Shown one piece after another: positions 40,400 through 51,850 of a DNA stretch of 64,000 bases (positions within the stretch are counted from its first letter, which is position 1; every line of letters starts with the position of its first letter). A program made the translations under genes and the position numbers. Origin of the DNA: Auanema rhodensis (lineage: Eukaryota > Animalia > Nematoda); NCBI GenBank assembly GCA_964057225.1, contig OZ059897.1, positions 15,500,001-15,564,000 on the forward strand. Reading direction: 5' to 3'. A model generated the notes under the pieces. That model saw only the letters and a program-made list of their open reading frames with translations. It was not told where the DNA came from and ran no database searches.

Positions 40400-40563
40400 G
40401 GGGAAAAGACAAAAAGAGGGAGGGAGAGAGAGAGAGAAAGAGGGAGAGGGAGGGAAAGAAAGAAGGGGAGAGAGAGAGGGATAAAGAGAGATAGAGGAAG
40501 AAAGAGAGAGAGAGAAAGAGAGATAGGGAAACGGAAAAAGAGAGAGGGTAAGAAAGAGAGGAG
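40400..40563. repeat. Polypurine/polypyrimidine GA tract
   Basis: About 160 nt almost entirely G/A on the + strand. Confidence 0.9.
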
Positions 40564-43500
40564 TAAAGTATAAGGAACATTGATAGTTCAAACACATTGA
40601 GCGGGTTCGAAATAATAAAAATATTTTATATAGTTATATAATATGTTTAAATTCGAAAAGGGCGTCTTTTTTTTTTAAATTATTACAAGTTTTTTTGAAA
40701 CTATGTAGAGTTTGAATGAATACAAAAGCTGCTGTTAATTCTTGTTTCGGTTCACAATGTTTTTGACATTGCTTTGTCTTTTCCGTCAGGTATGTTATTC
40801 AGTTTAAACTTTTCTTTATTCTCATTATAATCTTAAATAAGACAAAGCTTATAGAAACAGTTTTCTTTTTTTTTGTTTTAGTGTATTAATAATTTTTAAT
40901 TTTATTAGATTGAAAACTGCTTCTGGCTATTGTCTAATAATAATCGAGGAAGATTCTTTTTTTTTTCATTTATTTCATTTTCTTTAACACAAATCACCAA
41001 AGAATCTTTCAAAAAAGTTTATTATCGTTAGTTTACTTCTCTTTTCTAAATACTAGAGTAGTATTGAGCCACTTTCTTAGTTTTTTAAACCTTAAAATCA
41101 ACCCAGTTTCTTATTTGAACATTGTGATGAGATATTAGTTGGATCGGTCAACTTTGCCATTCCGCCATCATACTCTCAGAAGTCCAGCTCATCCTCGGTA
41201 ATAATGTTACCAAGGTGTCTACCCAAGAAGTCGAAGATGAAGACGAAAAAGGAGACTACGATTGCAAAACACGTTTAGGCAACTACACTACAACGTCCAG
41301 ATTGTCTTTCCTTCAACTCGCCAACGTCCCTTAGGTCTTCGAACAGCGCGTTACCTATCTATAACTTCCTACTCTTAGTATTTAGAATAGTTCAATCAAA
41401 AATGGTCATGTCTTATTTCTTTAAAATCAAGCATTATGACATCGAAAGTTCGTCTTCTTTGATGAACTATGTGTTAACTGTTTGTTTTGTAAAAAAATAT
41501 TTGATCATTGCAGTATACTCGTCTTTAACATCATCATCATCTATTTTCATTATCACTTAAAAAAATCGTTTATCTTTCTTATGAAAACTGCCATCCATCA
41601 TCAACAAGATTTTTTCGGATCTCAAGCTTCACAAGCTGTGCCTTTCAGTATATACTAAGTTGCTTCTTCATTACAACTTCCATCTCGAACAGCCTTGCAT
41701 GAATTTATCTATTTACAAAGCAGTATGACGTTAAAAGCGCTTGTTCACCTTGATATACCTGTAGCTTTAAGATCTGACAAACTATAACTTCCGAATCTTA
41801 GTTTCCGAGAACTTCTCGAAAACCATAGACCATTCCAAAATATATAGTTCAAAAAATAAAATTGAAAAACTATAAAGAGTTTGTGAGGAAGTTTACGATG
41901 TATTTCATAATCTACCGGAAATGCTTGTGTCTAACTATCTGTATCAAGTTTTAACTATTACCGTAAATTCATTTTTTTATTCTCTAACGCTATCAACGGA
42001 TCAAATCGTCATATGTTCTTCTCACAAACCACACGTATACACATATTTTCTAAGAATAGACAATTCTCTGATTATTAGAAATTTCCGAATTTCATATCTT
42101 TGACAACGTGTCCACGAATTCGTTGAAAAGACCGGAATAACACCCAGACCCCCATAAACAAATTATCAAAAAATCATTTGAAATTTCATCGAGCTTGACA
42201 ACAGAGAAGAGCATATTTGACAATTTCAGTGCCATTTTTGAGATTAAAATTTGAACAGTACTGAGATTTTCTAAATGATTTGTTTCAATTAACATACATA
42301 ACAAATTTATGTATTCAGAACGATTTCAGTATTCATTATCGTTTGCTCTTTTTCCGTTTTTGTAACCTTTGTCCCTCTAAATTTCCTTTTTTTTTGTAAT
42401 TTTTACTCTACTACTACTATTATTCCTATTATTACTACTGCTATTATTTTTTTCATGTATTGATATTACTAGCTTCTTTTAACCTGTTCATTCTCACATA
42501 CATAGCTACCCCACCCATCATGTCAATGGCAACCTTATGTGTTCAATTTAACTTAATCAACTTTTTATCCACATATGTATGTTTTCTCGAGTCTTTTACT
42601 AGTTTGTAAATTTCTAATGTTTATGAATTAAGTCTCAACTTTCATCACTTTTTTAATAATTCATCATTTGCCTTTAATCAACAGTCTCACTGTAATATTT
42701 TTCTCATTCATTGTGACAATAAGGCTTCTGGAATATTGACAGAATTAGGAAAGCTTTTTTTTTCTTTCTTTTAAACTTTTCAACATTTTGCCTGGATAGC
42801 TAAGGAATAATTCAGTCAGCATACATCACAGCAGATGTAACATATAAACATCTCGCACGTGAGTCTGCTTACAGCTTTTTCCCAATAAAATTTACCGATT
42901 TTTACACTCAATCAGCAGTTGAATGTTCTTCAGTACCGGTTACAAACCACATTTTCTCCATTTTCTCACTGCCTTTCATGGATGGGCTAGGCAAGTCAAG
43001 CTAGTCATGAAGCTAACTTTTAATCGTTTTCTCGTTTTCTCTCACTTTTTTGCTAAGACTTTTCTGCTTCTTCAACTATTTCTTTACAACTGTTTCTCGA
43101 TGATAAAATGCTCCTCCCATGATTTTCTGTTTCATTTTGGCAACGAAGCTTCTTCTTCAGTGCCTGCGGCAAGCATTCCCAACTGAAAATATCGCATTAA
43201 CTCACAATCTCACGAAATACTATTTACTTAATTTTTTGTGTCAATTTTCTCTTCTACCTCTAAGTATGAATTCCATTAAGAAGCTTAAATTTCTAAATAT
43301 CTAAATTTCTTAATTTCTTTCATTTTTTCTCTGATTGGTTTCTCACAACTATACTGAATACGTCAGATTAGTTTTCAACTCAATTACCTCCAAGGTTTTT
43401 TGACATCATGAGAAAAGACACAATTACATACTATTTAATTCATTTAGATATTCTATATCAAGTATGTAAGTCATATAACTTCTATTCTGTCAAATTCTAA

Positions 43501-44227
43501 ATACGTACAATGAATGTATTTTCTATTTTCTCTTTTACTGTCGATCTAAAAAATCCAAAAATAGATACCATTTGCTTGAAAATTACTGATAACCCACACT
43601 GATAACTTCTGAAAAAGTGGCTGTGAGCGATCAGTTCATATTCGTCTAACCTCGACATGGATGGTTCATCCATCATGCTACGGAAATGCTGTCGAGATGC
43701 TTCAGATGGCGTCGTACCACGTCCTACCGTACTTCACCCAGAATGCTGATTGATATTGCTTATCGGTACCAAACCAGCTTCTTGCAAGCCTTTTGTTCGA
43801 TTATTTGAATAAGTTCCATATTAGTTAATGAAAAAAACAATATGAAGCTTAGACTAATAGTTGTCTCGTGGTTTAAAGCTTGAGAGGCTTCACGTGATCA
43901 TCTTCAACGAAGAACTCAAACACCTACGTTATCCCTTGAGTACAAATGAGTTTGAAAGAAAAAGAAAAGTTTGAAAAGAAGTTTAAGTTTGAGAACAATG
44001 TTATGTTAAACATTGTCTTTTATTATCTCCAATTCTTCTACCTTCAAAATTTGTCTATTTTCTGTTATTTTGTAAGAGTGTTCGACCAACTTAGATCAGT
44101 TGCAACATAAATTGTCACGCTTCAGCTGTGATAATCATTTTGATCGTATTGAGCGCTAGGAACGGCTGTACCGATTTTCTTTTTTTTTACCTTCTTGTTC
44201 TAATCCTATAATCTATCTAATATAATA

Positions 44228-44375
44228 TTTTTCTCTTTCTTTCGTTCTTTCTGTGTCTCTCTTTTTCTTTCTTTCTTTCATACATGCACAGGTCTGCCGC
44301 TCTTTCAATAATGCTTCTAATTCTCTCTCTCTTTCTCTCTCTTTTTCTCTTGTTCTATCTCTCGCTATCTTCTCT
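44228..44375. repeat. CT-rich low-complexity tract
   Basis: (CT)n-rich pyrimidine runs. Confidence 0.75.
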
Positions 44376-46084
44376 GCATATATTTCTTTACTGTTTCTTT
44401 CCGTCTTTAGGCCCACGAATATATTGCTGTCAGTTCCAATTTAGATTCACATAGGCTTCACAACCAAAAATAACTTGAGATGCGTGTGATGAGAGAATGA
44501 TATGAGAGAAAGTTCTTGTTCAACGTCCACTCACAACTCTGGAGACATTCTCGACGCTATCAATATGGAGTCAGCAATTGCATGCAAAATCTTGTTAATA
44601 ATCTCAATCTAGGCATTTGTTGAGCACTTGAATAAGTACCACACGTGATTCTGATTCTCAATTTTTTTCTTAAATGGAATGTGGCTCTTTTGTTTTTCTC
44701 ATAACAGCGTGATAAACTGATACAATCTACATATCAAGCACGAGTGATAAGTATCGCAGTACAAAATGAATCGTTTTTCATCCCTTGTCCATGCCATCTG
44801 AATTAATATCAATTTTTAACTTAATTCTTTCTTTATATATATACATACTATTATATATTATTTTATTACTATTATATCTATTTCTATTTCAAAAACCTAT
44901 GAGAATGAAAGTGTGATATGACTCATCAAATTCATATTTTCTCTGCGTATATCTTCAATAAACTTAACTTCTACATTGAAATTTCAACATCACAGAAAAT
45001 GCTTTCAATTATTTTTTGATGTTAGCGATGAAGAAGCTTTCCGATACACTTATCGATGTCATTTTTCGTAGGCCCTTGATTATAACTCTAGGCTCGACTG
45101 TTGCCTTAATGGTGTAACACTTCCTTTCAACAATAAATTCTTTAATTCTTGAGAAGCTTAAAACATTTGTATTATCAGCTAAGTATATGAAGATTATATA
45201 CAGTAATATTTATTTCAAAATGATTCAAAGTACAGTGATGTAAAACCGTAAAACAGTTCAAAGTGGTGAGTGGGAGGGCAGCCACTATTTAGTCAGGCAA
45301 AGTCATCGTTTTTGGCATTTTCATTAGATTTTTATTAGATGTTTTCACCTTTATATTTAGCTTCCGTTTAATCGTTTTCCTATCAATTTACAATCTGTCG
45401 CCAATGATCTATTATGCTTTATACACATAGATAATATCTGAAAAAAAATTCTAATTCATTTTATTTATAAGAGCAACTCATCGTCATCATACTATTCAAA
45501 CCCTCATGTTCTTAACTTCAAAATATTTGTTTTCAATGGCACATTCCTAGCATTCCCATTAATAGTCGCAGCTTATCAAATACAATCATTAAGCATTTTA
45601 TGCTTCAGATGGTAAGAGAGTTCTTCTTCCGTTTCTTCATTCCTTTTTCTTGTGTATCGCATGTCCACTAGGATGTTGCCCATGTTGTCGTCACCAATTC
45701 CTTTTCATATTTTAGCTTCCTGTTCTTATTCAAATTACTTTTTAGAATTATTCACTTTTTCTGTTCTCTCCGTATTTACATTAACTATCTTGTCTATTCG
45801 CTTATACCTTCAACTGAAAAATCCTCGTTCCACGGCAAAACGCCGATGACAAACAACTGTTATCGAAATATGCTGCTTTTGCTTTTATTTGGTTTGCATG
45901 TGGCTTCCTGAGTCCAAATAGTCAAGTTGCCAAATCAATCCAAACGTACAAGACCATAAATTGATGGTTTTCTTGATTTTGCATAACATCGTCAGAATCA
46001 TTGTCAAATGTTTCTTATTTTTATCTTAAATTCATGTTACATTGCTTAGTTCCATTCTTCAAAATCTTTATATTTTCAGAAATC

Positions 46085-48289
46085 ATGCGAGTACTTACAT
46101 ATGTGCTAACAAGCTTAATCGTTGTTGTAACATCGTTCAACATTATTTCGGTTGATAATTCTGTGGATAATCCAAGGCATCAACGAATGAAGAAGCTATT
46201 GGATGAATTACATCAATTGCAATCAGAATTCGAACACTCTTATGAACCCATAGAGGAAGACGATTCTGTAGAAGATACTGACAAAAGAATCAACAGCGAT
46301 CTAGCTTTTGAAATATCTCCCCATGCTATTAACTACTTTTGGCATGTAAGACTATAATAGGATATTCTTAAACTCAACAAACGAATATAATTTTCAGCAG
46401 ATGATGGCTTCAATTCGTCACGATGCTCTTCGTCAATCAACAATTTCATTCCAAACGTCATATTTAGAATTTGATGTTCGTGTAGATGCTATTCAGATTG
46501 TTCAGTTCCATCCACCAACCATACATATGCGGGTACGATAATTTACAGTAACGAACCGGGTTACGGTATACGAGATTTTTCAGTCAACAAAAGATCAAAT
46601 CCAAATTCGTACTGAGGGTGGACATGCGAAACTTTTGGGATTATATTACGGAAAGTATAGAACTATCCGTGAAGGGCAATTGGAAGCTGTTATTGAAGAT
46701 TTACACATTAATATTGATATTAATCGAGATGAAGACGGAAAACTTTCGGTTAGTTGTTGACTTTGATTTCTCATTAGGCTTCTTTTCACTCATTTTACAT
46801 GAAATACATTCAATAAACTAAACAATTTTCAGGCCAATGAACGTGAGTGCTCTCATACACTTGGTTCCGTAGATATCACACTTAGTCCAATTTTACCATC
46901 TCAAATTGCCGATACCATAAGGTATTCTTATTCAATCACAAAGATAATTAATCAAATTCATAACTTCAGAGATGAAATAATCACCCGAGTTGCTAAACGA
47001 ATCTGTCCAGCAGTTGTCAGTTTTGCCAATCGAATCATTAAAACTACCCAAACGTCGTTGATTCTTCAACGTGCATTCCCAAAGGTATAGTCAAGATTCA
47101 ACTTCATTTGTTCATTTTTTTTTTTAGATAGCAGAATCTATTCATTATAAGTTCACACACAGTGAGGCTAGCGATCAAAGCGTTTTAATCTACCATGATA
47201 ATCCTGATTCTAATAGCGTGCTTCGGCTCCCTAATAAGGTATCTCTTTAAATATGTTTGAAATTTTTACTATTTTATTTATATTTAGCCATCTGCTATGT
47301 CTACTGTAGCAATTTCTGAAACATTTGTGAACAATTACTTAAATGAACTCAATGAAAAAGGAAATATCATATTCCAGATTAATCGTATAGAGCAGGTAAG
47401 AGTATTTTGTGCTATTCAAATTGTATTTATATAATTTAAATATCTAGAACATTTAAATTATAATTTAATTTTAGATTAAAAACATTTTACGACTGAGCTG
47501 TGAGGAAGAAGAAGTTTGTGTTGGAAATGTTATCAAAATGCCACGAGCTATTGATGGGACTGGTGAGTTAAAAAAACTTTTTTCAAAAATACCTTATACT
47601 ATTCCAACATTCATTATAATCGTAGGTATTCATTAAATTAAGTTGCTTTCATTTTGATTTAATGAACTAAAGAAAGGTCAAACAACCTTTTAAATTTAAA
47701 AAATTAATTTTAAATACTTACTTGAGAAATGATTTTTTAATGTTTTTAGGTCATTTGGAAGCTAAATGTCTCGATGCTCCGATAGTGACGTTCACAGAAA
47801 ATAACGCTCATGTTGAAATGAACTTGCATTTCGAATTATCATATCAACAAGATGATTCTGAAAATCGCCAAGTTTACTTGTCATTCCATGCTCCAATATC
47901 TCTCAAAGTCAAAAATGTCGAGCTCATTCCTCTACCTGAAGGAAAATACCAATGGAAAGCAGATTATTCAATCGAAGAAATTCGTTTCGGTAAAATAAGA
48001 CAGAGTGATATTCACGTTTCTAACATTCAAAAAGTATTGGAGGAATTCACAGAAGAACATATTGAAGATATAGAGGTAAGAATTTTCTTTAAAAGAAACA
48101 ATTATATCACATTCTTTTTTTCAGTCTTTGTTATCAACATATTTGGGAGGAAATTTACCACTTTTTTCAAATCACAACATCCATATCAAACAGCACGGTC
48201 ACAGCCAGTTCAGTAATGGCCAAATGATCCTTCAGGCTGACTTCAAAGTTAGTAGAGCACTATTTCCAGTCTTTGACTTCTTGTTTTGA
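46085..48289 (+). CDS. Secreted protein, probably BPI/LBP/CETP (TULIP) lipid-binding family
   Basis: Signal peptide after ttttcag; AFEISPHAINYF, IQIVQFHPP, RECSHTLGSVDITL...KRICPAV (Cys pair typical of the BPI N-domain), AISETFVNNYL; ends LQADFKV...FLF*. The family call is by resemblance only. Confidence 0.65.
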
Positions 48290-48700
48290 ATACTTGGTCA
48301 CAACAAATCGGCCATAATTGTATGTATATCTTCATGTGTTCTAACCTATTAGAGGACCTCCGATAGCATTGTTTTGCCACTAATGAACATCATGTGTATG
48401 ATCTCAACTCGATGATCTCTATATATTGAATTTAAAGCGCGATTTTAATAATAAATGTTTCATTTTCACAGCGCTGTTATATCTCATTGGTTATCAAAAA
48501 AAGAACAAATTTTATTAAGGAATAGTGTTTTCGTCTTCAACATATCACATAATCTTCTTTAATCTTTGTTAAACAAAAAAGAATGTGTAACAATATATAA
48601 CAAACTTGTAACTATCAAACTAAGCTATCTGTAAACCATCTGGCGTAATTGTCATATGAAGAGCCTTTCAGCCATGACTCAGAAACAGAATGAAAAACAT

Positions 48701-49802
48701 TCATCCAGTGAAGCCTGCACTGTTTTCCTTATTTTTTAAAGCTTCCATGGCTTCCTTCGCTTTGTTCAAATAAATCTTAGCTTTATCTGGATTTTTTTCT
48801 ATGCCATCACCTATATTGTACATTCTGAATATGGGAAGAAACAGTTTTCGATGTCGTGAAACTATTGAACTAGCCTAGCAACATTGGCACAACTATGAGG
48901 AACATCGAATTCGCACGCTTTAGTACCATACAGTAAAGATTTTTCCATATTTCTTTCTAAGGAACCTAGTGGTACCCTATCAGATTCCTACGACACAAAG
49001 ATAAGAAAACCAAAAGAAAACTGACAATGACAACAACATACCTCGGCCTTAGCATTTAAAAACTTTTCCTTTTTTCCCATGTACCAGGTACTCAACAACC
49101 AACAAGCTTCCCCATCCTCCATTTCACACGCTCTTAATATTTTGTTTCTGGTTATAACAGTTAAAATTCAAACTTTTTCATATATTCTTCCGCTTTTTTC
49201 GAATCTGCTGGTCTATCTTTTTCTCCATTCCAGTAAACAAGAGACAAATATCTAATTTTTAATATCAAATTGGAATTGAAAGTTCAACTTACCTACAGCC
49301 TTGGCGTATTCCTCCATCACAAGCTATTTGCATAGGCTTGATCATATCTTTCAAACTTGGAGTGCATTCTGAAATATTTCAGGTACAGCTTCAACTTAGT
49401 ATTTCAGCATTTGAAAAAATTATAAGATGAAAACAAGTTACATACTAAATACTTAAAAACGTTCACTACCTTTTCCGCTAAGAATATACATTCCATATTT
49501 AAAACAACTCTTAGAATATTCTTTCTCTAAACAGTTCTTCTTCAACAATTCAAATGCACTCTAAAATAATTTTTAACTTTAACTTTACGGGCAATTTCAT
49601 TACCTTGAAGTTCAAATCAATAGCTTCAAAATATTCAGCAAGTAAATGACAAGAATCTGCCCGCTTCTCCTGAGATACCGTGAAATATTATAAAAATTTG
49701 GACAAAAACTACCTCATAGCATCCAAATTTATATTCAATTCCTATATTTTTAACATACTCTTTTCTTTCTTCATGCATCCTTTTGGCTTCTTCGGCCTCC
49801 AT
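48701..49802 (-). CDS. coa-7: Cytochrome c oxidase assembly factor 7 (Sel1-repeat)
   Basis: [70 protein letters not shown]. Confidence 0.9.
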
Positions 49803-50093
49803 TCTATTTATATAAGCAATACCATAGAAGTTTCCATTTAATCATTTAGATATTCAATGTAGGACACAATTTCAGATAAAAATCAAGACAAAATAAGAAT
49901 ACATATTTATGTCGTAACATTTGTTTTAAAAAAAGGACAAATATATTACAACACATAGTAAAACAAACATCACTAAAACCAACAAGAACAACCCGATCTA
50001 TAAATGGGAGAACACACAGACGGCGGAAATCATTAGAGCACAAAGATGTTGTTTAGTGATTACAGCATAGTATTATGTCAAGCAAGGCGGGCA

Positions 50094-51530
50094 TTAGATG
50101 TCACCTTCCTAAAATCATATATATTTGCTTATATATTAAACTATTAAAGCATATACCGTCATTCTATTAAGTATGTAATCTACAGCCAACTCCTCATTTT
50201 TGTCACAAGCAAGATAGGCCTAAAATGACATTCATGAGCAAACGTTTTGTAAACTTAATTATACCTCAAGGATAATATGTTCAGGAACATTGAAACCCAT
50301 ATCTTTAATTCTCATCACGGCAGCGTGTTCTTCTTCAGTCAATCTAATAGCATGTTGTTGACCACCAGCGGGCTAAATAAATAAATAATTTTAAAAATAA
50401 TGGTATAAACACTTACTCTTTCTTGTCCAGCACCACCGGCTCCCAACAATCTAAGAAAGCCTTCTTGGTCTTGTGAGATAGCATTCATTAAATCAGGATT
50501 AACTTGAGCGATTTGCTTAAACAAGAACTATGCAAGAAATTATAAAAAAAATGTCTTACTCTCATCAAGTTTGGAAGAATAGCCGGGTTTTCGCGAACAG
50601 CCATACGAAACTCTTCAAATTGAGGCAAATGGGCAAGAGTCTCCATTCCACCTAGTTAAATGATAAGGAAAATATTTTAAAATTTTAACTAACTGGCAAC
50701 TTCATGAGCTTCTTCTTCAGCGAATCCCAAAGCTTCGCCTTCAGGATCCCCAGTGAGAAGCAAATCAACTGCTCTATCGGGGTTCCACAAAGCTGCTCTT
50801 AAAACAGCAATGGTCTAAAAAATATAAAAAAAATATAAAAATTGGGATTGAAAAAAACCTGATCTCTTGGATAACCCATAGAAACAATATTTTGAATCAT
50901 GTTTTCTTGGTCGGCAGTAATAGGCTCTACAAAATATTATAAAGTCAACATGTATAAAAATATTATACCATCGTCAGATTGGGGACGAGCGGCAGCAGGA
51001 GCAGCCGCTGGCTGAACAGCAGCAGCAGAATTAGTTGAAAGTTGCTCAGGAGCAGGAGTGGTTTCCAACTTAGGAGCAACAGCTGGAGCAGGAGCAGGAG
51101 CAGGAGCTGTAGTATTAGTAGAAGAAGCAGTGCTAGATTGAGACTCTGTGGTTGCGGATGTAGCGGCAGCGGGTTTCTTAATCATATGCTGTTAGTAGTA
51201 AGAATGATCAACTAACTCTTGAAAGCATAACAACAACAAACTTTGAAGCATCTATTCCTGCTTGTTCAATAGTACTGTCATCTCCCAAGATCTGAAAATT
51301 CTCTGCTTAATTGTCATACTTATACACTCACTTTTCCATTATAGATTAGTTTCTGAAGCTCGACGGCATAATCACTGCCCTTATCAGCAAAGATCTTCTG
51401 TTTAACCTCTCCAATCTAGCAAAAAACATTTAGCTCTTTATGAATTGAAGACAAAACTTACTGAGAGAGATGGTTCGAGTTCTAAGGTGAATGATAGCTG
51501 TGTAATGGTTTTGAAAGTGACAATAACCAT
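50094..51530 (-). CDS. rad-23: UV excision repair/proteasome shuttle RAD23
   Basis: UBL (MVIVTFKTITQ...QKLIYNGKIL), Ala/Pro linker, UBA1 (SMGYPRD...RAALWNPDRAVDLLLTG), STI1 (LPQFEEFR...QIAQVNP), UBA2 (AYLACDKNEELAVDY). Confidence 0.95.
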
Positions 51531-51850
51531 GATGAACCCTAAACGATCAATTGTATAATAGCAACTTCATCTTCATAAAAACTTCAGTTTATAAGATATG
51601 TAAAAAAACGTGGTCAACAGTAAAAAAAAACAGTTGAATTGGTAAATCATAGCAAATTTATTATAAAGGTCTAGTCATCCTATTCAATTGGTCCCGTATG
51701 GATTCTGATAATTTTTTACAGCAACAAGCCGCGAGTATTAAATTTTTAAAAAACCAGATTAATATGCATAAAAATTTAACTAATTAAAACTTTGAGCTTT
51801 TGTATATGTAATTATTAATTGCCTTTTCATTCGATTTCCTTTTCAGATCC

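Noticed and set aside
40368-40597. Leu/Ser/Phe-rich ORFs here and Glu/Arg-rich ORFs at 37402 and 44213
   Set aside because: Translations of GA/CT low-complexity tracts.
36942-41153. 12-mer GATCGGTCAACT at 36942 and 41142
   Set aside because: The match does not extend, and a single 12-mer pair is compatible with chance.
43631-43700. Short nested hairpins (ctcgaca/tgtcgag, atggatg/catccat)
   Set aside because: Stems of only 7 bp with no recognisable RNA family.
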